Source of the DNA: an uncultured Bacilli bacterium
GTDB taxonomy: Bacteria > Bacillota_I > Bacilli_A > RF39 > UBA660
NCBI GenBank assembly: GCA_947594595.1
Contig: CANQEE010000002.1
Coordinates: 1 to 45,539, forward strand
Direction: 5' to 3'
DNA length: 45,539 bases
The notes under the pieces were generated by a model. It was not told where the DNA came from. It was given only the letters and a program-made list of their open reading frames with translations, and did no database searches. Each line of letters opens with the position of its first letter. Position 1 is the first letter of the stretch. Positions 37,475 through 45,539 of this stretch are shown piece by piece. Made by a program: the position numbers and the translations under genes.

Positions 37475-37503
37475 TTGACGAAGTAAAAGGATTATGGTAA
37501 AAT
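37475..37503 (+). promoter_or_regulatory. sigma-A-type promoter for rplU-prp-rpmA
   Basis: TTGACG - 17 nt - TGgTAAAAT. Confidence 0.7.
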
Positions 37504-37606
37504 CATAAATGTTTGTAGCCTCATGCTGTAAACCGCATTGAAAAGGTAAAAACAGAAATGTACCTTAAAAGCGAGTCTTTAGTTATTTAAAAGGAGGTAT
37601 GAAAAA
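37504..37606 (+). promoter_or_regulatory. ~100-nt 5' leader of rplU (possible L21-leader-type element)
   Basis: Long untranslated leader with local hairpins (for example aaggta...tacctt at about 37544-37567). Position matches the known Firmicutes L21 leader. I could not verify the consensus by eye. Confidence 0.3.
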
Positions 37607-37909
37607 ATGAAAGCAGTCATTAAAGTAGGTGGAAAACAATACTATGTTCAAGAAGGAAGCGAAATCTACGTTGAAAAACTAAATGCAGAAGTAGGAGATG
37701 AAGTAGTATTTGATCAAGTCCTTATGTTGGATGCGAAAATTGGAAATCCTTATCTTTCAAATGTTACTGTAGTAGGAAAAGTTTTGAAGAATGGAAAGAA
37801 CAAAAAAATTCGAATTTTTAAATACAAAAATAAGAACCGTTCAAACCGAAAAACACAAGGGCATCGTCAACCTTATACAAAAATTGAAATTACAAAAATT
37901 CATGGATAA
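37607..37909 (+). CDS. rplU: 50S ribosomal protein L21
   Basis: MKAVIKVGGKQYYVQEGSEIYVEKL and HRQPYTKIEI. Confidence 0.94.
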   Translation: MKAVIKVGGKQYYVQEGSEIYVEKLNAEVGDEVVFDQVLMLDAKIGNPYLSNVTVVGKVLKNGKNKKIRIFKYKNKNRSNRKTQGHRQPYTKIEITKIHG

Positions 37910-37914
37910 AAATT

Positions 37915-38217
37915 ATGATTACTGTCAAGGTTGAAAAGAAAAATCAAATTTTTACAAGTGTACAAATATTAGGACATGCGATGTATGATGAATATGGAAA
38001 AGATATTGTTTGTAGCGCTGTTTCTAGTATTGTAATTACAACGGTCAATGCTATTTTATCGTTTGATAATAAAAGTATTTCTTATTTGTCAAGTCAAAAA
38101 GGTCTTTCTATTAAAATTCAAAAAGAAGATCGAATTACACAAACTTTAATTCGAAATATGATTCGAATGTTAAAGGAGTTAGAAACAAAATATAAAGATT
38201 ATATTCTTGTAAAGTAA
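37915..38217 (+). CDS. prp: ribosomal-processing cysteine protease Prp
   Basis: [20 protein letters not shown] (His/Cys dyad context). Located between rplU and rpmA. Confidence 0.9.
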   Translation: MITVKVEKKNQIFTSVQILGHAMYDEYGKDIVCSAVSSIVITTVNAILSFDNKSISYLSSQKGLSIKIQKEDRITQTLIRNMIRMLKELETKYKDYILVK

Positions 38218-38230
38218 GGAGGAAGAGAAA

Positions 38231-38521
38231 ATGAAATTTTTAAAATTAGAAATTCAGTTCTTCGCACATAAAAAAGGACAAAGTTCTACTTCCAATGGAC
38301 GTGATTCTGCAGGACGTAGATTAGGTGCGAAAGCAAGTGATGGAGAATTTGTAACTGCTGGAAGTATTCTTTATCGTCAAAGAGGAACGAAAATATATCC
38401 TGGAAACAATGCCAAACGTGGAAATGATGATACTATTTATGCAACTGTAGATGGTATTGTAAAATTTGAGCGTGTTGGTAAAGATAAAAAATGTGCCTCT
38501 GTCTATCCAGTCGCTGAATAA
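38231..38521 (+). CDS. rpmA: 50S ribosomal protein L27 with cleavable N-terminal propeptide
   Basis: [11 protein letters not shown]|[15 protein letters not shown]. The FF/A junction matches the Prp cleavage motif, and mature L27 starts at AHKKG (nt 38264). Confidence 0.94.
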   Translation: MKFLKLEIQFFAHKKGQSSTSNGRDSAGRRLGAKASDGEFVTAGSILYRQRGTKIYPGNNAKRGNDDTIYATVDGIVKFERVGKDKKCASVYPVAE

Positions 38522-38551
38522 AGAATCTAGCAATAGATTCTTTTTACTTTT
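38521..38551 (+). terminator. terminator of the rplU operon
   Basis: aagaatcta-gcaa-tagattctt, a 9-bp perfect stem, followed by a T-rich tail. Confidence 0.75.
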
Positions 38552-38567
38552 TTAAAAGGGGGATTTT

Positions 38568-39407
38568 ATGGAATCTTTGAAAAAATTAGAATTATGTACT
38601 CGGTTAAAAATAGCAAAGTATCGTTTGTTGAATCGAGAGCAAAATGAGGATTCTCTTTTTGAAGCATTTATACAGATTAAAGAGAAGGAACTTTTCAAAC
38701 AAAAGGATATTCAACAATTGAGACATCTTTATATTTTGTATTTAGAAAAAATGCGTGATCTATATCTTTTTCATGAAATTTCAAATCCACTTGCCATTGC
38801 AACTCTTTTTTCAACAACTCTAGAATTTTTTTCTAAAACAGGAGAATTTAAAAAATTAAAATATTTTTCTACTCCCAATTCATATCTTAGTTTATTAGGA
38901 CCTAGAATAATGCAAGGAAGTGGAGTTTGTCGACATGTTGCCTCTTTATTTTATGATTTTGGAAAACTTTTTCCTCTTTCTGTGTCTCTTTTTTCTTGTA
39001 CAGAAGGATCCCTAGAAGAAACAAAGGAAGAAGAAATTAAAAATAGTCCTCCCAATCATTTGGCAAATTTAATACTAGTGAATGGAAAAAAGATGGTCGT
39101 AGATTGTTTTAATGGAACAAATTATCTGTTTCAGACAAAAGAAAAATTGGTAGATGCATTTGATCCTTCGCAAATCTTATGGATTCAAGAAAATAAAATT
39201 TTTCCACAAGATAAAGATTTACTTTTGAATCCTTCTCTATCCAAAGAAGAATTTCAAGAAGAAATTGAAAACTTAAAAAACTCTCTTCCCATAGTAAGAG
39301 CTGTTTTCAATATGTTTCATTTACATCAAAGTTTTAAAAATGAACTGGAAAAGATCAGTCAAATTGAAGAAAACTATTCCAACTATGTCTATAAAAAAAG
39401 AAAGTAG
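38568..39407 (+). CDS. transglutaminase-like (papain-fold) cysteine peptidase candidate
   Basis: Ordered Cys-His-Asp contexts typical of the transglutaminase-like core: GSGVCRHVASLF (Cys 38928-38930), PPNHLANLILV (His 39057-39059), KKMVVDCFNG (Asp 39102-39104). Confidence 0.5.
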   Translation: MESLKKLELCTRLKIAKYRLLNREQNEDSLFEAFIQIKEKELFKQKDIQQLRHLYILYLEKMRDLYLFHEISNPLAIATLFSTTLEFFSKTGEFKKLKYFSTPNSYLSLLGPRIMQGSGVCRHVASLFYDFGKLFPLSVSLFSCTEGSLEETKEEEIKNSPPNHLANLILVNGKKMVVDCFNGTNYLFQTKEKLVDAFDPSQILWIQENKIFPQDKDLLLNPSLSKEEFQEEIENLKNSLPIVRAVFNMFHLHQSFKNELEKISQIEENYSNYVYKKRK

Positions 39408-39464
39408 AAGAACTAAAACAGTTTTAAATTCTATAACTAGATTAAAGGAAGAAAGGGGGATGAT

Positions 39465-40546
39465 ATGTATTATTGTTTTTGTGCAAAGAAAATTTCAAAA
39501 GAACGTGTTCAAAGAGAAATTGATCGTGCAATTCAAGAAAATTCTTTTCTTTATTATGATTCGAAAAAACAAGAATTTTTAGATGAGAAGGACCAAGTGA
39601 TAGACATTACTAATTGTGAAGTGATGCCAATTAGTAATGTTTTACAATTAAAAGAAATGATTGTTGCTTTAGAAAAGAAAGGGGCAAAAATTCCGAATAC
39701 ATGGGAAGATTTGAAAAAAATAGAAATGTGGTACCAGTATATAGAACCTAAAAGGAAAATGGTTGCCTTTCAAGGTGCTATGCTAGAAGATGTAGCTTTT
39801 AAAACTTATTTACTAGAACTTTTTTTGGAGGAAGAAGAACTTTTCCTAAAGACTGTCAAAAAAGATTTTAGTGGCACCGTTACTTTAAAAGATTTATTGG
39901 ACCAAGAAAGTGATTTAAGAAAAGCTTTTTCTTACCATGCAGAAGATGAGTTTCTGCTTTCCAAAAAAGTAAAGTTAGATCAGGATGAGTTAGGGAAAAA
40001 AGAATATCGTATTTTTGTAAAAGAAGGGGAAATTTTGAATATTTCTAGGTATTTAGATAGACCTATCATCAAATTCCAAAAGCTGTCTTAGACTATGCAA
40101 ATTCTATTTTAGAAACACTTCCAGAAGAATTTCCAAAGACATTTACATTCGATGTTTTCTCGTATGAAAATATTCTAGATATTGTGGAGTTCAATCCATT
40201 AGAAGGTTCTGGGAAATATTTATATAATAGTGTTTTTGAAAAAAGTAGTGATTTGCTTCATGAAGAAATAACAAAGGTTCCATTAGAGAGAAAAACAGAG
40301 GCTTTAAGTTTTGAAAGAAAAGAACAAGACCTTACTGCTTCTACTTTAGAACATGTTAAGAATACCTTTGCGAAAGACCTTAGAGATATTTCTATGTTTG
40401 GAGAAAGACAAACGGGTTACTACCATGTATTTGGCTTACCTAAACCGAAAGGAGCACATATTTCTCTAACAGAGCTTCTTAAAGATTGGGAAAAAGTAAA
40501 AGAAGATGAGAATTTCTGTAAAAAATTATCCAAAAAGAAGGAATGA
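39465..40546 (+). pseudogene. ATP-grasp-fold ligase (DUF4343/R2K-like) interrupted by a single -1 frame change
   Basis: Frame 0 (39465-40091) carries LFLKTVKKDFSG and KEYRIFVKEGEILNISRY. The frame open from 40061 continues HQIPKAVLDYANSILETLPEEFPKTFTFDVFSYENILDIVEFNPLEGSG, the end of the ATP-grasp core. The track splits this into 39465..40091 and 40184..40546. Confidence 0.6.
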
Positions 40547-40584
40547 TATATTATAATTTTATATGAGAATTGAGGTGAAAAGAT

Positions 40585-41859
40585 ATGTTTGTCGATGAAG
40601 TAAATTTAAAAGTAATAGCAGGAAGTGGGGGCGATGGCTGTACTGCTTTTCGACGGGAAAAATATGTGGCTTTAGGAGGACCTTATGGAGGAAATGGTGG
40701 ACGAGGTTCTGATATTTATTTCGTAGTTGATACAGGTCTTCATACACTTCTTGATTTACGTTATCAAAAGTTAATTCAAGGAAAAAAAGGAGAAAATGGA
40801 AAAGGTAAGAATCAACATGGGAAAAGTGCAGAAGATCTTTTTATTAAAGTTCCCCAAGGAACTGTTGTGACTGATTTAGATACAGGATTGATTTTGGCTG
40901 ATTTAAAAGAAAAAAATTCTAAAGCACTGATTGCTAAAGGAGGACGAGGTGGAAGAGGAAATACTGCTTTTAAAACGCATGAGAATACAGCACCCAATTT
41001 TTCAGAGAATGGAGAACCAGGAGAAGAAAGAAATTTAAAAATAGAATTAAAACTTTTGGCAGATGTAGGATTGGTAGGATTTCCAAGTGTAGGAAAAAGT
41101 ACGATTCTCTCGAAAGTTTCTCAAGCAAAACCTAAAATTGCCGCTTATCCTTTTACAACATTAACTCCTAATCTTGGAGTTGTCAAAGCAACGAATGGAA
41201 ATAGTTTTGTTCTAGCAGATTTACCAGGACTTATTGAAGGAGCTAGTCAAGGACAAGGAGTAGGAGATCAATTTTTAAGACATATAGAAAGAACTAAAAT
41301 TCTTCTTCATGTCATTGATATGTCAGGAAGTGATGGAAGAGATCCAATAGAAGATTATCAAAAAATCAATCATGAATTAGAAACTTTTAACCCAAAACTT
41401 ATGAAAAGAAAGCAAGTCATTCTTGCCAATAAAATGGATCTTCCAAAAGCCAAAGAAAATTTAAAAGTTTTTCAAAAAAAATATCCAGATCTAAAGGTGT
41501 TTTCTATTTCAGCAATTACGGGAAAAGGATTGCAAGAAGTAATCGATTATTTGGACCTTCTTCTTCAAACAACGCAAGAGGAAGAACTTTTTGAAAAATC
41601 CTCTTTTGAGAGTCATGTACTTTATACTTTTCAAGAAGAAAAACCATATACCATTCTTAAGGAAGATGGCGGATATGCAATTTTAGGAGAGAAAATTGAA
41701 AAATTATTTAAAATGACAAAATTTTCAAGTGAGGAAGCAATTTATCGATTTGCAAATAAACTTAGAAAAATGGGAATTGATGAAGAATTAGAAAAAATGG
41801 GAATTCAAGACGGAGATATGGTTCGTATTTTGGATTATTATTTTGAATATCATAAATAA
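40585..41859 (+). CDS. obg: GTPase Obg/CgtA
   Basis: MFVDEVNLKVIAGSGGDGC..FRREKY (Obg fold), GFPSVGKST (G1), DLPGLIEGA (G3), NKMD (G4), and a C-terminal OCT-like domain. Confidence 0.95.
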   Translation: MFVDEVNLKVIAGSGGDGCTAFRREKYVALGGPYGGNGGRGSDIYFVVDTGLHTLLDLRYQKLIQGKKGENGKGKNQHGKSAEDLFIKVPQGTVVTDLDTGLILADLKEKNSKALIAKGGRGGRGNTAFKTHENTAPNFSENGEPGEERNLKIELKLLADVGLVGFPSVGKSTILSKVSQAKPKIAAYPFTTLTPNLGVVKATNGNSFVLADLPGLIEGASQGQGVGDQFLRHIERTKILLHVIDMSGSDGRDPIEDYQKINHELETFNPKLMKRKQVILANKMDLPKAKENLKVFQKKYPDLKVFSISAITGKGLQEVIDYLDLLLQTTQEEELFEKSSFESHVLYTFQEEKPYTILKEDGGYAILGEKIEKLFKMTKFSSEEAIYRFANKLRKMGIDEELEKMGIQDGDMVRILDYYFEYHK

Positions 41860-41887
41860 AAAGAGGTTAGCTTGCCTCTTCTTTTTC
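41857..41887. terminator. hairpin flanked by A and T runs between convergent obg and the DUF192 gene
   Basis: aagagg / cctctt stem with aaataaaa upstream and cttttt downstream. Overlaps the last codons of the minus-strand gene. Confidence 0.45.
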
Positions 41888-42217
41888 AAATAAAACATTT
41901 AATTTTTTTCCTACTTTTAATTTTTCACAACAACCAAGAGGAAGTTCAAAAGTATAGTAGACCTTTTTTTTAGGAAAAATAATTTTTTCACTACGGAAAT
42001 GAGAATAAAGATATAAAATAGTATAATTTTTATCTGTCATAACAATATCGATAGGTTGACACATCATATAGGTATGAATACTTCTGCAATGGGGGTAACA
42101 AAGTCCTGTTTCAATAGGTTCTAATACAAATAGAAAACCTTTTAAACGGCGCCAAAAAGTATTAGCTACTTCAATTTCAATTTTCTTGTTTCCAATTTTT
42201 AAATACATTTTCTTCAC
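41867..42217 (-). CDS. DUF192-family protein
   Basis: VANTFWRRLKGFLF.......GLCYPHCRSIHTYMMCQPIDIVMTD matches the DUF192 pattern (A.t...r..GLm...Gm.f..c.siHt.gM.fp.Dvvf.d). Confidence 0.8.
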   Translation of the reverse strand: MKKMYLKIGNKKIEIEVANTFWRRLKGFLFVLEPIETGLCYPHCRSIHTYMMCQPIDIVMTDKNYTILYLYSHFRSEKIIFPKKKVYYTFELPLGCCEKLKVGKKLNVLFEKEEAS

Positions 42218-42225
42218 CTAATAAA

Positions 42226-42254
42226 ACTATACCAAAAAATAGAGGAAATGACAA
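42226..42254 (-). promoter_or_regulatory. sigma-A-type promoter for the DUF192 gene
   Basis: Minus strand: TTGTCA - 17 nt - TGgTATAGT. Confidence 0.55.
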
Positions 42255-42277
42255 AATGTAGGAAAAAGATGATTGGT

Positions 42278-42306
42278 TTGTTTTTTCTACTTTTCCATGA
42301 TAGAAT
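42278..42306 (+). promoter_or_regulatory. sigma-A-type promoter for rnc
   Basis: TTGTTT - 17 nt - TGaTAGAAT. Confidence 0.5.
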
Positions 42307-42402
42307 GATATTGGCTCAATTAGAAAAGATAAATGATAGAAAATCGATCCATGTATTTTGTAAAAGGGAGGTGTAATTTGAGTTTTTTTACTCAACGTTA
42401 AA

Positions 42403-43074
42403 ATGAAAGAATTGTTTCAAAAATTAAAAATAAAACCAAAAAATATGGAACTTTATGAAACAGCCTTTTCTCATTCATCTTACGCAAATGAACATAAAAA
42501 GAAAAAAGATTATGAGCGACTTGAATTTTTAGGAGATGCTGTTTTAGATTTGGTAGTAGGAGAATATCTATATCATCAAAATACAGAAGATGAAGGAAAA
42601 CTTACAAAAATAAGGGCAAGCTATGTATGCGAAAATGCTTTATTTGTTTATGCAAGTGATTTAGGATTACAAAAATATATACGAGTAGGACATGGAGAAG
42701 AAAACCATGGTGGAAAGTATAAAAAGGCAATTGTTGCAGATATTTTTGAAGCACTAACAGGTGCAATTTACTTAGATTTAGGATTTGCAACTGCAAGAAA
42801 ATTTTTACTTTCTACTATTGTTCCTTATATAAAAGATGAAAAAATTTGTTTTTTCTTAGATTATAAGTCTGCATTACAAGAAGCAGTTCAGACAAAAAGT
42901 AAGAGTTTAGAATATCAAGTGATTCAAGAAGAAGGACCTAGTCATAATAAGACATTTACAGTAGAAGTAGAAGTAGATGGAATTGTTTTAGGAACAGGAA
43001 CAGGATCAAGTAAAAAAGAAGCTGAGCAGGAAGCTGCCAAATCTGCGCTTTCAAAAAATCCAAATTTCATTTGA
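42403..43074 (+). CDS. rnc: ribonuclease III
   Basis: AFSHSSYANE, signature ERLEFLGDAVLDLVV, and a C-terminal dsRBD (GPSHNKTFTVEV...GSSKKEAEQEAAK). Confidence 0.95.
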   Translation: MKELFQKLKIKPKNMELYETAFSHSSYANEHKKKKDYERLEFLGDAVLDLVVGEYLYHQNTEDEGKLTKIRASYVCENALFVYASDLGLQKYIRVGHGEENHGGKYKKAIVADIFEALTGAIYLDLGFATARKFLLSTIVPYIKDEKICFFLDYKSALQEAVQTKSKSLEYQVIQEEGPSHNKTFTVEVEVDGIVLGTGTGSSKKEAEQEAAKSALSKNPNFI

Positions 43075-43099
43075 AAAAAAGAGTGAATTATGCTATAAT
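43071..43099 (+). promoter_or_regulatory. sigma-A-type promoter for rnj
   Basis: TTGAAA (overlapping the rnc stop) - 17 nt - TGcTATAAT. Confidence 0.6.
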
Positions 43100-43145
43100 G
43101 AATACACTTTTAAAACGAATAGAAAATTAAAAGAAAGGAGTCTTT

Positions 43146-44801
43146 ATGAGTAAAATTAACATATTTAGTTTAGGCGGTCTCAATGAAAATGGGAAAAATA
43201 TGTATATTGTCGAAGTAGACAAAGATATTTTTGTTTTCGATGCTGGATTAAAATATGATAATGATCGACCTCTTGGAATTGATTATATTATTCCGAATTT
43301 CGATTATTTAATTAAAAATCAAAAACGAATTAAAGGTATCTTTTTAACACATGGACATGAAGGAAATATGGGAGCCGTTCCTGATTTATTAGAAAGTTTG
43401 CCTAATTTACATATATATGGAACAAAATTAACTCTTTCTCTTTTAAAACAGGATTTAAAAGGAGAAAGAGACTATACAAAAAATTTAAAAGAAATTCGAC
43501 CTCATTCTAAAATTTCATTTGGGAAAAATATGGTTTTTCCAATTCAAGTCACTCATTCTATTCCAGATGCTGTTTGCTATGTTTTATATACCAAAGATGG
43601 AGCGATTGTATATACAGGGGATTTTGTATTTGATCATACCATGATGGGAGCTTATCATACTGATATTGGAAAATTAGCCTATGTTGGGAAACAAGGAGTT
43701 CTCTGTCTTCTTTGTGAATCTATGTATGCAGAAAGAAGAGGACATACAAGTCCTAATAATCGAGTATCTTCTTTTATTCGAGAAATCTTATCAAAGAATC
43801 CAAATCGAATTATTGCAACCGTTTTTCCCGCTCATTTTTATAGAATTCAAGAAATTTTTAACGAAGTATCTAAAACTCATAGAAAGATTGTTATTATGGG
43901 GAAAGGATTACAAACTACCCTTTTAAATGCGATTGAGCAAGGATATTTACAAATTGATAAAAATGTGATTGGGGATTTGGTTAATTTAAATGATAAAAAT
44001 GCTGTTGTTTTGATTTCAGATGAAAAAGAAAAACCTTTTGCAAACTTAGAAAGAATTATTAAAGGCTTTGATAAATTTATTAAATTAAAAGAAACAGATA
44101 CTATTTTTATTACAGAACCTGCTTATGAAGGAATTGAGAGAAGACTTGCTCTTGTGATGGATGAAATTGCTATGTTAGGAGTTAATGCAATTAGTCTTTC
44201 TAGTAAAAAACATCTTCTTCATCATGCGTCAAGAGAAGATTTAATGTTAATGTTAAATTTAATGCAGCCTAAATATTTCTTTCCTGTAAAAGGAGAATAT
44301 AGACAACAATACGCCAATGCAACCATTGCAGAAGAGCTTGGAATTCCAAAAGAAAATATCTTGCTAAAACAAAACGGAGATATTGCTACTTTTGTAAATG
44401 GTGAATTGGTTCCAAATTCAAATGCACATATTGATGTAGATGAAATTTTAATTGATGGAAATTCTAGTGGAGACATTGGAAATTTGGTATTAAAAGACCG
44501 CGAAATGCTTGGTGAAAATGGAATTGTAATTATTTCTTGTACACTTTCAAAAGAAACGAAAGAAATTATAGCAGGTCCTGAAATTTTAACGCGAGGATTC
44601 ATTTATGTAAAAGAACATCAAGATGTATTAGAAGAGACAAAAAATTTAGCAACCGAAGTTATTTTAGAAAATGTTTCAAAAGAAGAAAAACGAATTGATT
44701 ATTCAAAAATAAAAAATGAAGTTCGCGAAATACTTGGAAAATACTATTATAAAATGACAGAATCTAAACCTATGATTATTACAGTGATTCAAGAAATTTA
44801 A
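43146..44801 (+). CDS. ribonuclease J family protein with degenerate metallo-beta-lactamase motifs (J2-like)
   Basis: Full-length beta-CASP RNase J architecture (FSLGGLNENGKNMY, VTHSIPDA, YTGDF). However, motif II reads THGHEGNMG instead of HxHxDH, HHASR replaces H.SGH, and PVKGEY replaces P.HGE. Confidence 0.88.
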   Translation: MSKINIFSLGGLNENGKNMYIVEVDKDIFVFDAGLKYDNDRPLGIDYIIPNFDYLIKNQKRIKGIFLTHGHEGNMGAVPDLLESLPNLHIYGTKLTLSLLKQDLKGERDYTKNLKEIRPHSKISFGKNMVFPIQVTHSIPDAVCYVLYTKDGAIVYTGDFVFDHTMMGAYHTDIGKLAYVGKQGVLCLLCESMYAERRGHTSPNNRVSSFIREILSKNPNRIIATVFPAHFYRIQEIFNEVSKTHRKIVIMGKGLQTTLLNAIEQGYLQIDKNVIGDLVNLNDKNAVVLISDEKEKPFANLERIIKGFDKFIKLKETDTIFITEPAYEGIERRLALVMDEIAMLGVNAISLSSKKHLLHHASREDLMLMLNLMQPKYFFPVKGEYRQQYANATIAEELGIPKENILLKQNGDIATFVNGELVPNSNAHIDVDEILIDGNSSGDIGNLVLKDREMLGENGIVIISCTLSKETKEIIAGPEILTRGFIYVKEHQDVLEETKNLATEVILENVSKEEKRIDYSKIKNEVREILGKYYYKMTESKPMIITVIQEI

Positions 44802-44827
44802 AATGTAGACTGAATCTACATTTTTTG
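44802..44827 (+). terminator. terminator of rnj
   Basis: atgtaga-ctgaa-tctacat followed by TTTTT. Confidence 0.7.
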
Positions 44828-44890
44828 ATTGAAAAATTACTAGAATTTTTTCATAAATTATAGTATAATAAGCCAAAAAGGAGAAAGACT

Positions 44891-45457
44891 ATGCTAAAGA
44901 CCAAAGATATTTTAGATGAAAAAGATAAACGATTAAGATTAGTAAGCAAAGAAGTTGTTTTTCCTTTATCAAAAGAAGATAAGAAACAAATTAAATTGAT
45001 GGTTGAATACTTAAGAAATAGTCAAATTGAAGAGAAAGCAGAGAAGTATGATTTAAGACCAGGGATGGGAATGGCAGCGATTCAATTAGGTATTGCAAAA
45101 CGATATATTACGATTGTAAATGAAGTGGATTATGAAGAAGAGACTGGAAAAAGAACTTTTGAAACTTATGTTGTAATTAACCCTAAAATAATAAGTAATT
45201 CAGAAGAAATAATTTATGTAGAGATGGGTGAAGGCTGTTTAAGTGTCAATAGAGAAGTTGAGGGAATTGTTCCACGATATGCAAGATGTACTATAGAAGG
45301 ATATGACGTAGATGGAAATAAGATTCGTATTCGTGCAAGAGAAGAAGTATCTATTGCTTTTCAGCATGAAATTGATCATTTGGATGGAATCTTATTTGTT
45401 GATAAAATTGATAAAAAAAATCCTTATAAAAATAAAGATAAATATCGAGCTATTTAA
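44891..45457 (+). CDS. def: peptide deformylase
   Basis: GMGMAAIQLG, EGCLS, and QHEIDHLDG motifs. Confidence 0.95.
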   Translation: MLKTKDILDEKDKRLRLVSKEVVFPLSKEDKKQIKLMVEYLRNSQIEEKAEKYDLRPGMGMAAIQLGIAKRYITIVNEVDYEEETGKRTFETYVVINPKIISNSEEIIYVEMGEGCLSVNREVEGIVPRYARCTIEGYDVDGNKIRIRAREEVSIAFQHEIDHLDGILFVDKIDKKNPYKNKDKYRAI

Positions 45458-45461
45458 AATC

Positions 45462-45487
45462 AGAGGCACAAAAGCCTCTTTTTTTTG
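45462..45487 (+). terminator. terminator of def
   Basis: agaggc-acaaaa-gcctct followed by TTTTTTTT. Confidence 0.8.
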
Positions 45488-45539
45488 TGTTTTCAAGGGA
45501 TAATATGCGAAGTTGGAATAAAGGCCTGGGGGGGGTAAA

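Noticed and set aside
39340-39582. 80-aa ORF bridging the peptidase-like and ATP-grasp genes
   Set aside because: It overlaps both neighbours out of frame and lacks an SD. The ATP-grasp start at 39465 has GGAAGAAAGGGGGA upstream.
42177-42395. 72-aa minus-strand ORF between the DUF192 gene and rnc
   Set aside because: It overlaps the DUF192 start by 41 nt and has a TTG start with no SD. It is fully occupied by two well-formed divergent promoters (42226-42254 minus, 42278-42306 plus). Its composition looks like translated AT-rich intergenic DNA.
45488-45539. G8 run (ggcctggggggggtaaa) at the extreme 3' end of the window
   Set aside because: It is out of character for this AT-rich DNA and sits at the sequence end. 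It is more likely a contig-end or sequencing artefact than a biological G-tract, and I cannot evaluate it without flanking sequence or reads.
1-45539. Scan for tRNA, rRNA, CRISPR arrays, IS elements with inverted repeats, and prophage or integrase genes
   Set aside because: All intergenic gaps are under ~220 nt and are accounted for by promoters, leaders or terminators. I saw no cloverleaf-like segments, no regularly spaced direct repeats, and no integrase or transposase other than the Rpn-type gene.

Overview
AT-rich (by eye about 30% GC), standard-code, Gram-positive (Bacillota-type) chromosomal segment. It is almost fully coding and mostly on the + strand. The backbone is housekeeping and translation genes: typA, rpmB, dnaE, lspA-rluD, rhomboid, yfhO, ireB-ruvX-DUF1292, infC-rpmI-rplT, rpsB-tsf, tig, rpmG (missed by the ORF track), efp, rplU-prp-rpmA, obg, rnc, rnj, def. 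The 5' end holds the tail of a sensor kinase. Two terminator-separated operons follow it (Cys-less Trx-like protein + HtrA; FtsX permease + ABC ATPase), and both carry the same 17-nt TTAAT-repeat motif upstream. Non-backbone content: (1) a 2127-aa orphan ORF with a tandem helical-repeat array, ending in a class-I CCA-adding/poly(A)-polymerase-like nucleotidyltransferase domain; (2) a transglutaminase-like Cys peptidase plus a frameshifted ATP-grasp ligase between rpmA and obg; (3) TetR plus a 1284-aa MMPL transporter with an internal repeat array and a 28-bp perfect palindromic operator candidate; (4) an Rpn-type PD-(D/E)XK nuclease gene; (5) a Trx-like lipoprotein plus an atypical kinase-like gene between tsf and tig. 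Other oddities: identical-architecture HeH (Rho_N-like) tails on ribosomal proteins L20 and S2, an RNase J with degenerate metal-ligand motifs, a ZnuA-fold lipoprotein lacking its His ligands, and a probable non-AUG infC start behind an attenuator-like leader. I saw no rRNA, tRNA or CRISPR array. All domain calls come from motif recognition by eye and need profile or structure searches to confirm.
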